A program made the translations under genes and the position numbers. The notes under the pieces were generated by a model that saw only the letters and a program-made list of their open reading frames with translations, searched no databases and was not told the origin of the DNA. DNA of 63,763 bases, filler included, from Reticulomyxa filosa (lineage: Eukaryota > Protista > Foraminifera), in the NCBI GenBank assembly GCA_000512085.1. It is 28 parts of 28 records of this genome, joined end to end, with 100 filler letters (N's around TTAATTAATTAA, not from the genome) between each part and the next. Parts side by side here need not be neighbours in the genome. Positions count along the whole stretch, not along the records: positions 51,102 to 55,369 come from ASPP01024950.1; positions 55,470 to 57,320 come from ASPP01000614.1; positions 57,421 to 58,527 come from ASPP01022683.1; positions 58,628 to 59,845 come from ASPP01011738.1; positions 59,946 to 61,138 come from ASPP01000610.1; positions 61,239 to 63,763 come from ASPP01011581.1; 22 more parts are not named here. The stretch is one strand, 5' to 3'. Positions 51,102 through 63,763 of the stretch are shown piece after piece (the stretch's first letter is position 1; each line of letters starts with the position of its first letter).

Positions 51102-52457
51102 TTGACGGGGCAAGAAGTGCAGGACCAATGGCATGGCAAAGAAGAGGAGGAAGAGCAATGGAAGGGGACTTTTGAACGCGAGGATGAGATCGTGGAGGTG
51201 ATAATGGGATATTGCAATTACTCCGATGTAATGTTTGTGTGCGAGTACTTGAATGTGCACAACTTGTGTCAATTGGTATACGACAGTGAATACGGCGACA
51301 CGTGGCGGTACTACCATATGGATGAGTGGTGCTATTACTTGTTCTATAAACCCATGATCCAGTACTATGAGCAGGCCAGTCAAAGAGGAAAGAAGGAAGA
51401 TGATAATGACGACGACGACAATGAGGACAATGGTAAAGATGGCAACATTGTGTCGAAAATGCAATGGAAACAATGGCAATGGAATATTGCAGATGTCATT
51501 CATTATTATAACAATGTCAAAAAAAACAACTGCGGATTCAATGGGTCCCAGTTTATCTGGGAAGACATGTTGTATCGATACAGCATTCCACTGCCATTGG
51601 CGCATCTAGGATTGCTATATCATTTGTGTTCTCACTCTCAACGCCAAAAAGATCGCTCCAAAAAATTCATTCGCAATGTCATGATTGATGTCCAAAGTTT
51701 TGTGTTTTGTATTTTGTGTTTGGTATGACAGAGTTTGTTGGTTGAAAGGAATAATGTTTGCTTGGAGATAGACTTGAAAGGCCAAACAAAGGGTAACAAT
51801 GACAATAATCATGGAAATGAACATCCATTATTTGTGGATGAATGCAAAGCGAATTGGGGCTTATATGAGCAGGAAACCATGAATGAATGTGGAATTGATC
51901 TGTTATGCGAACCGACATTTTACAATAGTGACGAATATTTATATGTTATGGTCGACGAATTTTTATTACGCTACGCACTGGTGTATGGCTCACAAGTGCG
52001 AGCTCATAATTTGTATGAGTACTTGTTCCAAGTCCAACAGTATTACAATGATTTCAAAATGGTGCATTCCATGTTTGGCGATGAGACAACTCGTAATTTT
52101 CATTGTCAATATTGGGGAAATAAAAGTTTCAAATGCCAGACTCTTGTTCGGTATTGGGTCACTCTATGGATGAACCAAAGTCAGTATTCTCATGCCTGGT
52201 ATATCTTGGTGTGGGATCGCAAGTTAGCCATGGCCATGACCGTTGTGCTGATATTGCTACTTTGTGTCATTGAAAAAATTGACATTGAATTGTTGTCCGA
52301 TAAAGAGCTTCGAAATGAAAAAGAAGTTGCTGAAACTCCCAAAGCTGTTTTGCAACAAATTTGTGCAGAAATTACCGAAAAACTTATGAAAACATTATTG
52401 CCTAATCAAGGACAAGAAAAATTCGATGGCTTATGTTTCATTTGTATCGTGGATTAG
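51102..52457 (+). CDS. Unknown aromatic-rich protein, possibly with an F-box-like segment; 5' truncated
   Basis: Two ORFs in the same frame are separated by one TGA (51726-51728) in a T-rich stretch ending CAG. DEIVEVIMGYCNYSDVMFVCEYLN weakly resembles an F-box. Confidence 0.55.
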
Positions 52458-53085
52458 TTTTGAGAGACTCTGACAGCATTCGTGTTATCGAACAAGTGTT
52501 CCAAAATGAACCTGTTGACAGTGTCAGCTCTGATAGTGACACAGATTCTCCAGAAATAAGCTTTGTTGAACGTGTTAAAAGTGAGGTTTGAGAGAGCTGG
52601 CAAAGTTTTTTTTGCTTCTCAGATTTCCGTCACTCACTCATGAAAAAAAAAGTCCTTATGCTGAAAGGATTATTTTGATTTGGTTGCTGTTCTTGTTTGT
52701 TTTTATTTTTTTGGCTGTTATTTTATGCACTCTTTTTCTTTTTCTCTTTCCCCATTCAGTATTTTTACAACTGTTTTTTGCATAATCAAGCAAAGGACAA
52801 TAGCCCTTGAAGGGAATGAAACTAAAACTATTTGCTACATCTTTTTATAGCCCGCCCTTTTTCAACAATTTTACGAGCTAAAAAAAAAAATACTCAAAAA
52901 CATTGAAGTTAATCAGGGTTGTGATTGATCGAACAATGTAATGTTCACGAAACGAGCAAACGACGCTGGCAAACAAATCAGCGTGATTTTCATATGAATA
53001 ACCAAAAAAACAAACACAAACACTTGATATCACATAATTGAATTTTATTTGTTTACAATCGAAGCAATCTTATCGAAATATTAAA

Positions 53086-54363
53086 TTATTTTACAGGATC
53101 TTTTGCAGTTGGAGAAGGGGAAGGACTACGCGCAGACTTACTTCCGTCTCCACAAAAACAGAACAAGTAAGAATAAAGTTTGTTCCCAAAAGTGAAGACG
53201 CAACAAACCAACAGTCCATTGAGGAATGCATCAGTAAGTACTATAAAATCAGCTCCACGGAATACAGCAGCAATGATCAGTAATAGCATAGTGCTGATAA
53301 TGCTTGTTATCGCGATGGTGCTAACCTTACGAATATGTTCAATATTTTCAACCGATCGACGGAGTTCGGAACCAGAATTGGCCTGGAAAGACGAAGAGGC
53401 AACCTTGGAATGTATAGCGGCACTTCTGTGAGTGTCTTCGATATCGTCATCATTCTGATTGTCATTAGCTGACAGCTCTATCTCACTATTTCGACTCACA
53501 ATTTTGGCAGGAACATAAAGCTCAATCTTTGTGTTACTAGCCAAAGAGGGGAGTCTGGAGTTGGAAATTCCTGTTTTGCGTTGTACTTGTTGCGAGAGAT
53601 GTATTTTGCGCGTAATGAAGGTCATTCGAGATATATACATATAGGCAATAACGGAGTTAAACACAAAAGTAAGTACTGCTCCAGCGACCGACAATATTAA
53701 GTGGGGCAATCTATCGACCATACACGCATAGTACCTCTGCCTTCCAAATGGATCAAAATCTTTAGGATTTATAGAAAGTGCACAAGAACTCCTCATCCCA
53801 AGCCAAAGAGCGCAGCAAAGTGCCGCAAATGTTCCTATCGACAACAAGCCGTAAAAATATTTTATTGTACTGGCTGCCAACGACACCGCCGAATGTTTGA
53901 ATACTAACACTATCATCCAAGTTTTTCACACACACAGAAAACTATATATACGTTTTCTTGTTCTCCTTTGGCGTTGTCTTTTGTTGCAGAGTGTACCTAA
54001 TCTTTGGAACCAAAATATAAGACACGATACATAGAATAACACTGGAAAAATGTAGTTCACGCTGGTTGATATGTAGCAAAAACCAGACCATTTGATTGGT
54101 AAATATAATGCTCTCCCAACGACTAGAGTGGAAAAACCTTGAAAGTTGTAAATCCAGGCACAAACTTGACATGCTATCGCGGAATTCTTGAGTGCTTTAT
54201 TCACCTTCTTTGGAAGTTTGCACAACTCATAGAGTGCGTACACGCACAACACTGTTTGTAAAAATGCAAACAAACTGCCCACGATAAAAAGCGTCCCTAG
54301 TAGAGAATTTCCATTAGTGATAGAATTGCTGTCTGCTACTTCCAGACAAAGCTTAGCGCTCAT
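53086..54363 (-). CDS. Orphan seven-transmembrane (GPCR-like) protein, 396 aa
   Basis: Exons 54363-53997 and 53909-53086 in phase 1. Seven hydrophobic segments, Cys before TM3 and in the TM4-5 loop, a long Ser-rich TM5-6 loop and D..LN in TM7. Confidence 0.8.
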
Positions 54364-55469
54364 TTTTTTTTTTTAAGTTTCTTTAAAGAACTTGTTTTTT
54401 TCCTAGTGTATACGTACAGAGACTATGTCAAAGATAACACTAAAAAGAAAAGACAAAGATTTTGTAGTTTTGTATTGTTTCACAAAAGACAATGTAATGG
54501 CAATATATTTCGACGACAATAAAAATAAAAAACATCGTAAAATGCGAAATTTTATTTCAACAGAATTTATTTTGTGATAACTTTTTGCCAGAGACTACAA
54601 AAAACCACAAAATGAAAGAGTAAAGCCATTCACCGAATCCAAATACGTCAAAACAAAGAAACAGCATTAGAAAAAAACACCAGACACAAATAAGGCAACA
54701 AGAAAAAAAAAAGAAAAACACAGCAACAATTCCCATAACGCAATTGATAAAGAAAAAATTTTTTTTTTTTCCCTCTTCCTTGATTTGCTTGTCCAATATA
54801 TTTTCATTTATTCATTCAATTATTCTTGCTGCGTTATCCTTATCCTTATTCAACATCTTATTTGTGCTGCAAGCGCATAAGATGAAGGAGAAGAGAAAAA
54901 AAAAAAAAAAGAAAGAAAAAGAAAAAAGGAGGGGATGAAAATGATATAATTAATAACAATAAAAATAAGAATAAAAAAACTGGTCACAGAAACAGAAACT
55001 ACATTGCAAATGAAATGGTTCATTTCATTTGACAAAACAAACAAAATTAGTAATAAAAATAGAAATACAAGCTGCTTACTACTTCAGCATGCACAGAACA
55101 TATTTTTTAAAAATCTCTTTAAACAAAGCAAATATCAACATACACACCAATGAAACAAATCACCACAAAAATAAATAAAACAGTTTCATTGTCGTGTGTA
55201 TCACGGTTTGTTTTTTTTTTTTAAATTAAAAAAAGTGTCAAAAAATCAAGGATTTTGTAAATTCCAGATGAAAAATGTGTAGGTCTTGTTTTTTTTTGTT
55301 TTTTTTTTTTGTATTCTGTTGCAGAATTGACATCAATCAAGATTTCCATTTAATATCGTCACACTTTTTNNNNNNNNNNNNNNNNNNNNNNNNNNNNNNN
55401 NNNNNNNNNNNNNTTAATTAATTAANNNNNNNNNNNNNNNNNNNNNNNNNNNNNNNNNNNNNNNNNNNN

Positions 55470-57239
55470 ACCAATTGCATGGTGGAATCAGCAAAACAAA
55501 GCATTGGAACAAGGATCATTTGGAAAGGGAAACCTTGGTGGAGTGATTCACTGCACAGAAAAAGAAAACAAGTCCACCGACTGAAAAAGAAATATAGAAA
55601 AAAACGAATTACAAGAAACATAAAAGAGAAGCAATGCAATTGAAAAGGAAATTGAGACAGGAAAAACAAGAATATTTAATCAAAAGCATTCAATCGTTGA
55701 AAGAAGAAAGTACAAGACAGTTATTTTCTCAATTCAAATCGATGAACTCGAACAAGATTTCAGTTATTCCTGCTTTGGTAGAATCAACAACTGAAAAGAT
55801 CGCAAAGACAGATAAAGAGAAAGCTGGCATCGTGGCTCTCTCAGCCTCCACAACCAAGCTATTCTGAAGAAACGAAAGAACATTATCAATTGGTGGAAAA
55901 TGAGATTACAGCTGTGATTGAATGAACAGAGATGAAGAAATGAGTTGTTATCCATTTTGGGATGAATATCACAAATGGGAAAGAATAATAACAATGAGAT
56001 TAATGTGGTATCTAAATGAAAATCAACTAACACGTATCAAGCAGGATTTCAATCTTGGCACAACACATCAGAATGGAGTATCATATGCAGTATTGGATAT
56101 TTCATCGGTATATGACAGTGTGTGGAGAGATGGATTAAGGCACAAGATGAGAAAAGAATTTGGATAAAAGGAAGAATGTGTTGGTGGTTGGATAATTTCC
56201 TCAAAGATCGAATAGGACAAGTGGAACCAGTGAGAGACATTTTGAAGTTGGGGTACCACAAGGATCATCGTTATACTCATTATTATTTCTATTGTACATC
56301 AATGATATTGTGGAATCAGTTCAAGATCCAATTCAATGTGGGATGTTCGCAGACGATGTGGCATTGTGGACATCTATCTATACAAGTGATGAAAAGGAAA
56401 TGGAGCAATAATTATCATTGATGCAAACAAGTTTGGATAACGTGTCATTATGGGCACCAAGATAGAAAATGTTATTGGCTCCAGACAAACTCAGTCAATT
56501 AAATTCAAAATGAAAACAAAAAGAAATTAAAATTGAATGAAAATGACATTGAAGTAGCAGATAATGTGAAATATTTGGGATTGATTATTGACCAACAAAT
56601 GACATTCCAGCAGCATATCAACTATGTTTACGGCAAAGCAGCAAAGAAACTGGAGTGATGCAATCGACAGCATACGATACAGTGAGTGTGATATCGCAGA
56701 TGCCACCACTGGAATTTCGAAGGCAACAGGAAGAAGTGAAACTGTGCATAAGTGCATCCGATGGAGTAAGAAGTTCCCAAATCATAATTTAACAATGGCA
56801 TATCAATTATTGAAAGTGAAGTAAAGATAAGTTGGAGAGGAAAGTTATCTAGGGCATATATTCATGCATCTGAAGTTGGAGTTCCGACGCAAAGCCTGAT
56901 CAATATCCACACCAGAGTAAATTGCCCAACCAAGTCAATTTCCATGGACTGAACCCATTTTTCACAGAAGAATGGAATCGACATTGGACAAATGAAAGGG
57001 AACCACACAAATGTCCCAAACGATATTTATGCAATTTGATTGAAGCAAAGTCATTTGAAAAGATTATTTTACATCGTTTGGAGGTGCATGAACGCAGATA
57101 TGTTTGCAGAGGTAAAGTGGGATTAAATGGATTCCTGTTCAAGATCAAAAGATCTGATTCATCAGATTGTAAATGGTGTGAAAATGAAGAAGAAACTGTG
57201 GAACATTTCCTGATGGAATGTCCACATTATCAGGCGTGA
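55470..57239 (+). mobile_element. Decayed non-LTR retrotransposon ORF2 (linker, RT, knuckle)
   Basis: WKGKPWWS, LDISSVYDSVWRDGL, GVPQGS..L..LF.LYIND, MFADDVALW, VKYLGLIID, MPPLEFRR, CKWCENEEETVEHFLMEC. Many stops and frameshifts. Confidence 0.94.
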
Positions 57240-58671
57240 AGGTGTCAGACTACTCATTGCTTCATCTTTCACTCACCACTGATTTTGGCCCTTGCCATAC
57301 CCCAAAGTGCAAACAAAAGCNNNNNNNNNNNNNNNNNNNNNNNNNNNNNNNNNNNNNNNNNNNNTTAATTAATTAANNNNNNNNNNNNNNNNNNNNNNNN
57401 NNNNNNNNNNNNNNNNNNNNCCCATTCAAATAATTTGAATTGCTTAAAAGATTTTACCTGATTGACATTTTCATTTTAATAATAATTTTTATTATTTGTA
57501 AAGTTATGTGAAACAAGAACAAACACTTAACATATTTTGCAATCATTTTGTTAAATTCTTTAATCCATCCATGATCGATATGCAAACATCGAGTCCAATA
57601 TTCTAAAATCATTTGCGTTTCTTTATTATTCTATTTTTTATTTTTTATTTTTTGTGAAAAAAAATAATTTGTAATGACGTGTTAAAATAATTCTTCCTCT
57701 ACTTAGTAAATAATTGGATTACTGAATATGCTGTTTCTTTTGTTTCAACAGGTGATCCGGTGTCAACAACTTCTGGAAGCTTCATTTGTCTTTCTACTTT
57801 GTCAGTAGAGACTAATCTATTGATGACGTTCACACAATAGATGTTTTGTTGTGACGTGTACTTTACAATTTCCAACATTTTCGAAGATTGCTCGTACAAC
57901 CAAGTTACACAATTTTTACTAATTTTTTTTAAATAACCGTATTCAGATTCCATTCAGGCACATTTTTGGATGACACAATACTATTTTCTTCAGGCTAAAA
58001 AAAACCCTTGGCCCGTTAAACTGACAGGTTATTTTGCAGAAAGTGCAACTTTTGTAACCTGAAAACGAGTTATTGCAACTTTGATTTACTTTCAAAATGC
58101 GTACAAAATTTTTATTTGATATTTCAAAAGAACACATAATACTAAAAACTTATTTTTATTTCTAGTTTTGCTAAATATTCAAAGTTTTTGACAATAAAAT
58201 TTCTTTTGTTATAAAGTTTCTGAGTGCAATGATATGTTTTTCATCCAAAAAAAAATTAAATTTCTTTTCGTCCATGAATAGTAAAAAAAATAGAAGTAGA
58301 ACACGTCTATTTAATCCTTTTCTCATTTTACTCAGATTGGCAATGAAGAAACTTTGATTCTTCAAATCCTCAAAAAAAGATTAAACAAGCTCGATCATGT
58401 GACTTTCAAAGGTTCAATACATTTGTGGAAGATCACGTTTACATAGTCTTTCAAGCAAAAAAATTAATCCCTTGCTGTGAATAAGCAGAAAGTACTGTTT
58501 TTTTGAATTGAATCCTTGGAATAATTGNNNNNNNNNNNNNNNNNNNNNNNNNNNNNNNNNNNNNNNNNNNNTTAATTAATTAANNNNNNNNNNNNNNNNN
58601 NNNNNNNNNNNNNNNNNNNNNNNNNNNAATGACACCTCTTTTTTTTTTTTTTTATTTTTTTTTAAAAAAAG

Positions 58672-59845
58672 GTGTGCCTTCATCACGAATGCTTATACTT
58701 GAAAGTGAGAGACATTGCGAACCAATGGTTTTGCTTGCCGCTGTACGCGTTTTCGCTGAAAGTGGACGCGAATGACGGATACTTTTACATATTCGAAGAG
58801 AAGGACGGCAGCGAGTTTTCGTCGAATTTGTTAATGGGCCGACTGCACGCGTCGAAGCCGCACAAATCGCGTGACTTTGTGAAGCGTTACTTAGACGTGT
58901 ACCAGCACATTACACAGAAGCGATTGGCGATCGATGACAGGTCGGACTGCTATCGACAGCAATGGCTGATGGACCAAATGATGGACCTGGAGCGTCCCAA
59001 CATTGCATCGAACGATGAAGACGAGTGGCCGTTGTTCCATCAAAGGGAGTTTCGATTTGCACTAAAGTGCATTTTAACAGGCAAGGTTTGCTTTATTATT
59101 ATTATTATTATTATTATTATTTAAATTAAATGGGAACACATAATGGATATGTATACAAGTAAATGAGTATATAAACATATATATACATATATATATGTAC
59201 ATATATGCACTGTGCAGGCGTCCCGGATTTTCGCAAGAACGTTTGGATGGATGACAAGGAAAGTGAAGAGTGTTTGGTGAGCAAATGCAAGCGTCCTTTC
59301 GGAATCACAGCGGCCAAGTATCATTGCAAGTTTTGCGGTCGGCTGATATGTTGGGAGTGCGCGCATGACAAGTTGATGAACGCAGCGACGAAGCAGACGG
59401 AAACGGCATGTCCGGATTGCATCAAGACGTATGACCGTTACGAACAAGACTACGCCAAAAAGTTGGGACTGATTCTCCCTTCCAAAGAAGGAGAAAGAGA
59501 AAGAGAAGGAGAAGGAGAAGGAGAAGGAGAGCAAGAAGGAGAAAAGCATGTCTCCACTTCAAGTGAACCCAAGACTTCGAATGCAACTGACACACCAAAG
59601 CAAGAAGAAAAAACAAGAGATGATAGACAAGAAGAAGAAGAAGAAGAAAAACAAAAACATGTCACAGCAATGGATTGGGATGACATTTTCAACAAGTTTT
59701 ATTTGGACAATCCTGCGTTCAAAACGCCGATAGAAAACTGCGACCAAGTGAATTGGAAAGAGGTAAGTGAGGCCGCGTGGATGTCGCATTGGATCTCGAC
59801 ATTGCCTCAGGCCAACGCCCAACAGCATTTGAACGTGTGCATGTT
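58672..59845 (+). CDS. FYVE-type zinc-finger protein, internal exons
   Basis: WMDD..ECLVSKC..F....YHCKFCG.LICWEC...ACPDC gives 8 Cys. The upstream exon 58672 to about 59085 is beta-rich (PH-like, speculative). Confidence 0.85.
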
Positions 59846-59945
59846 NNNNNNNNNNNNNNNNNNNNNNNNNNNNNNNNNNNNNNNNNNNNTTAATTAATTA
59901 ANNNNNNNNNNNNNNNNNNNNNNNNNNNNNNNNNNNNNNNNNNNN

Positions 59946-60790
59946 GTATCCAATGGACTTCAATATTATCAACGCGTTACCATTTGATTACACATTCATG
60001 AAAGATAATGCGACATCAAGTATTGATATTAATTATGTACATCTACTATTCTTCCATTTGTTAGCAATTGGAGGACAGATGATGTTGAATTGGATGTGCA
60101 CTCCCAATCACGTTCAATATCAAAACCACATGGTCGTCACCACGAATTGAATGACAAAAGATTGAGATTTGGAATCTGAGAAGTAATAAATGAGAACAAT
60201 TTAGATTGAGAAATATTGACAATTGTATTGGATAACACAGAGACATTAGATAAAGCAGTTGAATCTTAGACCAAATGTATTGTTGATGCTGGAGAGGCAA
60301 TAATTGGTACCAAAACGATATGGAAAGGCAATAAACCATGGTCTAAGTCGATTATGAAAGAGAGTTCAAAAATCAAAGAACAAATTTCGTAAGCAAAGAG
60401 AGCTGCCAAGCAATTGCGAAGGAAATCACAATTAGAAAAGCATCAACATATGATTCCTTACATGAAAAAACTTATTCATGAAATTCAAGGCATTAAACAC
60501 CAACAAGATATGTATTATGTATTATTCCAGCATTGGTGAATAAAGAAACAAATTCAGTGGCAAGGTCAATTCTGATAAAGCTCATCTTTTGGCAAAGACA
60601 TTCGCAGAACCATCTCAGCCTCCAAAAGGTGTTGATGAAAAGTATTATGAAATGGCTGAAGATGAAATTAAATTTAAAGTGGCGATATCCAAACCATTGG
60701 AATTGGATGATAATTATGTTTGTTGATACGATATCACGACATTTGTCCCCGTACAAGGCTCAAGATACCTTATTCAAGTTAAAATAAGCA
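59946..60790 (+). mobile_element. Decayed non-LTR retrotransposon: APE C-terminus to start of RT
   Basis: PFDYTFMKDNATSSIDI, IGTKTIWKGNKPWS (compare IGTRIIWKGKPWWS at about 55500), IIPALV, HLSPYKAQ (KAPG-like). Confidence 0.85.
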
Positions 60791-61239
60791 CCTCCCAAAA
60801 GGAACGCAGTACTCTAATAAAAAATAACAAAAACTTTAACAAATTAAAGCAAACTAAAACAAAAAATAAAATTTAAACACTTATTATATATTGCCATTTC
60901 GGCTTATTTAATAAAAAAGTGACTTAATTTTGTTCGCCATTCTTTCTTAATGATATTATTTTGTTTCGACTGTTCATTTTGGGTGTTTCGTTTGTTAACT
61001 TGTATCTATCTGATCTCGCGCAAAATCGCAATATCATATATCTGACTAGTAAAAAAATTTTTTTATCACAATAAAAAATTTTACTCTTTGAAAGTATTTT
61101 CTTTGTCTTTGTTTCTGTTTCGCCACAATCTTGTTGACNNNNNNNNNNNNNNNNNNNNNNNNNNNNNNNNNNNNNNNNNNNNTTAATTAATTAANNNNNN
61201 NNNNNNNNNNNNNNNNNNNNNNNNNNNNNNNNNNNNNNT

Positions 61240-61276
<37 letters not shown>

Positions 61277-61278
61277 CA

Positions 61279-61839
61279 ACTTGGTGGTTTGAACCATAAA
61301 GAAATTGTGATGCCTCGGTCCATAGCCGGTGGACGTAGCAACCCATTCACCACGATCCATTGCCCCATGGGCGTGAGTGGGATAAACTGCACGTATTCAC
61401 TTAGCACTCGACATGTATCAATGCTCCAGTGCCTTCGGAGCATTGGACAAAAATGCTTCAGCCAATGCGTCGATGTCGGCTTCCAACAGCTGGTCAAATC
61501 TTTGAACACTTCCATTATCTGCAAGTGTTGACTAAATATACTTAGTGTCAACTGCAATACCTTGCCTTGCACTTCCACGTTACCGTTGCATACTGCTTGT
61601 AACTGCTTTGATGGATCCACTGGTGTAAGGAACTCACTCAATATTCTAGCAATGTCATAGTATTGCAGCACGTCAGGCAATATAAAATACAGAAAATCCG
61701 CACTTTCTGGATCACTTGCGTTCACTATATACTCCGACAACTGGCGATCATATATTTTTTCATTGTATATAAGCTCAACGCATTCATATAAAATATGATT
61801 CGCTTCTTCTTTATTCGACGGACTTCTCACATTCCACAT
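61279..61839 (-). CDS. First exon of a large unknown protein, entering a possible ConA/LamG-like domain
   Basis: About 187 codons from ATG, helical then PP...GITISLWFKP, followed by a GT donor and poly-T. Confidence 0.55.
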
Positions 61840-62645
61840 TTTTTTAAAAAAAAAAATTAAAGAGGAAAGACCCCGAACAAAAAGCTTTGGAACATGAGTG
61901 ACAGTGCCGCAGTTGTCCTACTGGTTCTTTTTCTGCTGCTGTTACTTCAAAGAAAAAGGGAGATTACTGATTTTCTTCATAAAAAACAAGCATTTAAACA
62001 TTTTTTTTGCAAATTTATTGTTTGTTTAAATATTATCTGTGCACTTGAATAAAAGGAATAAAATAAAAAGTTACTATAAGAATTTAAATCATTAAAAGCA
62101 GCAAAAAAACCAGTGGCAAGTCCATACTTGTTAGTGGAACTCTGGAACCCTTTTTATCTCAAACTTACTTCCACTTTCTCTGGTTTCTTCTTCTCGTTCT
62201 GTTGCATTCATATTCTTTTTGATCTAATTAACTTGACTTTTATTGAAAAATCGTATGTATCAATATTTTCGTATTACACTTTGTGTCAGTCAGCACCACG
62301 TACAAACGGACATAAAAATTCAGGACAAACAACAAATTTGCAAAAAAAAAAATTTGTGATAAGATTTTTAAAAATTAAGTTTAAACGTTTGTTTTTCATT
62401 TAGAAAAATGATTATCTTCATAAGATGGTATTTTAGGTGTTCATTTTTTTTTTATGCGACATACTGTTATGAAAAAAAGAAAAAAGAAACTGGCTAATAA
62501 AAAATAAGTTGAAAAAACGTGTCAATTATCAAGAATAAAATAAAGCCAAAACAACAGAATGCGAAATATGAAAGTTAAAGAATCAAACCTGTTTTTTTTT
62601 TTTTTTGTTATTTCGAGTGAAATTTGACTTAGCTTTTTCAAGTTT

Positions 62646-63674
62646 TCATTTTCCAAGTTTGCAAAAGGGTAGAGGAGCAATGAGTTTCAACTCTTGATCA
62701 GATATTTGTGAACCATAAATAGCAATTCTGCCACATCCACCCTCATTTCCCCCGGAGACGTTGCCCCCTTTACAAGAGATTGCCCCCAAAGTATGTGGAC
62801 AAGTGTCAGAAGAAGAGTGCAATTGAATCAAAATGGAGCCCCCACTGCCACCCCCTCCGGCGTGACTTTCGCCATCAAGGCCATCGCAGCGCAAAGTGCC
62901 ACCATTGATAAGTTGCTGTTGAACGACCAAGTGGATGATCCCCCCTCCTCTCCCCCCTTTCCACACTCCGTTTTCATTTTGACTCGACCCGCCTCCACTT
63001 CCGCAAAACATTTGTTTTAGCAAGGTTTCCTCTCCATACACATCCCCCCCTTTGCCATGGCCACAGCCGAAAGAAAGATCAAACTCGGCGCCTTTGGAGC
63101 CATGTCCAGCACCCCCACCTACATACCACTGCTTTTTCCCAATCCCAGTGAATATACCCCCTTTGCCAGGACCCGAGTCGGAATGGTGGCCCAATCCGGA
63201 ACAGTCGATCGTCGACGTATGATGCTTGATCCACAAATGACTTGTGTTGATTTTGACTTGACCCAAGTCTTTGATAAACCAGCCATCGCAATCGGCGGTC
63301 ACAGTAATCTCATCCCCAATCAAATACACTCCAAACTTGAATTCAGTCCACTCGTTGTTTTTCAATTTGACGGTCTTCTTGTGCTCGCCCACCAACAAAA
63401 AGTCCACTCCGTTTTGCAACGGCCGACTAAACAACTTTGGGTTGAACAGCACACTTGTTACCATTTCCTCACACGTTTTGCGTTGGCGCTTGCTTCCATT
63501 CTTTTTCTCCTTTCTCTCGCTCTTCGCTTCCTTCATCTCCATTTCCAATGTGTCTTTTTTCAGCTCTGTCGACGGCGTCATCGATCCATTGTCCACATCA
63601 ACTACACGCACTCTTAACTTACCTATCTCCTCCACCTGCGCAGCATTCTCCGCACGCAATTTAGTCAACTCAGT
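62646..63674 (-). CDS. Glycine-rich repeat domain protein, last exon
   Basis: IDCSGLG..GPGKG, GGGAGHGSKG, YG...GSGGG, GGRGGGIIHL, GGGGSGGSILI, GG.GRIAI, preceded by a coiled-coil segment. Confidence 0.85.
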   Translation of the reverse strand, partial: TELTKLRAENAAQVEEIGKLRVRVVDVDNGSMTPSTELKKDTLEMEMKEAKSERKEKKNGSKRQRKTCEEMVTSVLFNPKLFSRPLQNGVDFLLVGEHKKTVKLKNNEWTEFKFGVYLIGDEITVTADCDGWFIKDLGQVKINTSHLWIKHHTSTIDCSGLGHHSDSGPGKGGIFTGIGKKQWYVGGGAGHGSKGAEFDLSFGCGHGKGGDVYGEETLLKQMFCGSGGGSSQNENGVWKGGRGGGIIHLVVQQQLINGGTLRCDGLDGESHAGGGGSGGSILIQLHSSSDTCPHTLGAISCKGGNVSGGNEGGCGRIAIYGSQISDQELKLIAPLPFCKLGK

Positions 63675-63763
63675 CTTTTATTTGCAAATAAATATAATAT
63701 ATACATATATGTATATATGTATAATATAAAATCACTTGTTGCATTTGTAATTGTGTTTGCAAA

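Noticed and set aside
1183-61238. Regularly recurring TTAATTAATTAA palindrome as a CRISPR-like or biological repeat
   Set aside because: It is always centred in exactly 44+44 Ns, so it is a six-frame-stop assembly linker.

Overview
This is eukaryotic, AT-rich, intron-containing DNA and is not one contiguous locus. It consists of 28 short contigs joined by 27 identical artificial 100-nt linkers (44 N + TTAATTAATTAA + 44 N), so neighbourhood across linkers means nothing and many genes are partial. The repeated 'MFxxFRxSSKL' WD40 family, Gly-rich proteins, RNF213-like debris and orphan 7TM proteins suggest a rhizarian/foraminiferan draft genome such as Reticulomyxa (inference, not tested). Hand-spliced gene models include: an SLC12 cation-chloride cotransporter, a CAF-1 large subunit, a beta-adaptin-like protein, a coiled-coil + ProX/PrdX tRNA deacylase, an ABCC transporter, a CPRas/VWA-type C-terminus, three WD40 paralogues (one a pseudogene), a CBL-type Ca2+ sensor, a VTT/DedA protein, Rac, Ras, a TPR protein, an SGNH-fold protein, THADA/Trm732, two 7TM-like proteins, a FYVE protein and a Gly-rich protein. 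There are also several decayed APE-RT non-LTR retrotransposon copies. The most notable observations are: (1) a Gly-to-Glu change at the TM6 chloride site of the SLC12 protein; (2) a ProX deacylase fused by splicing to an N-terminal coiled coil; (3) a 108-nt GC-rich hairpin whose G-U pairs fall on one strand; (4) head-to-tail LINE 3' ends sharing a stem-loop; (5) unusual splice signals (GTT donors, poly-A acceptors); (6) a conserved 34-codon N-terminal module in the WD40 family. No tRNA, rRNA or CRISPR array was recognised.
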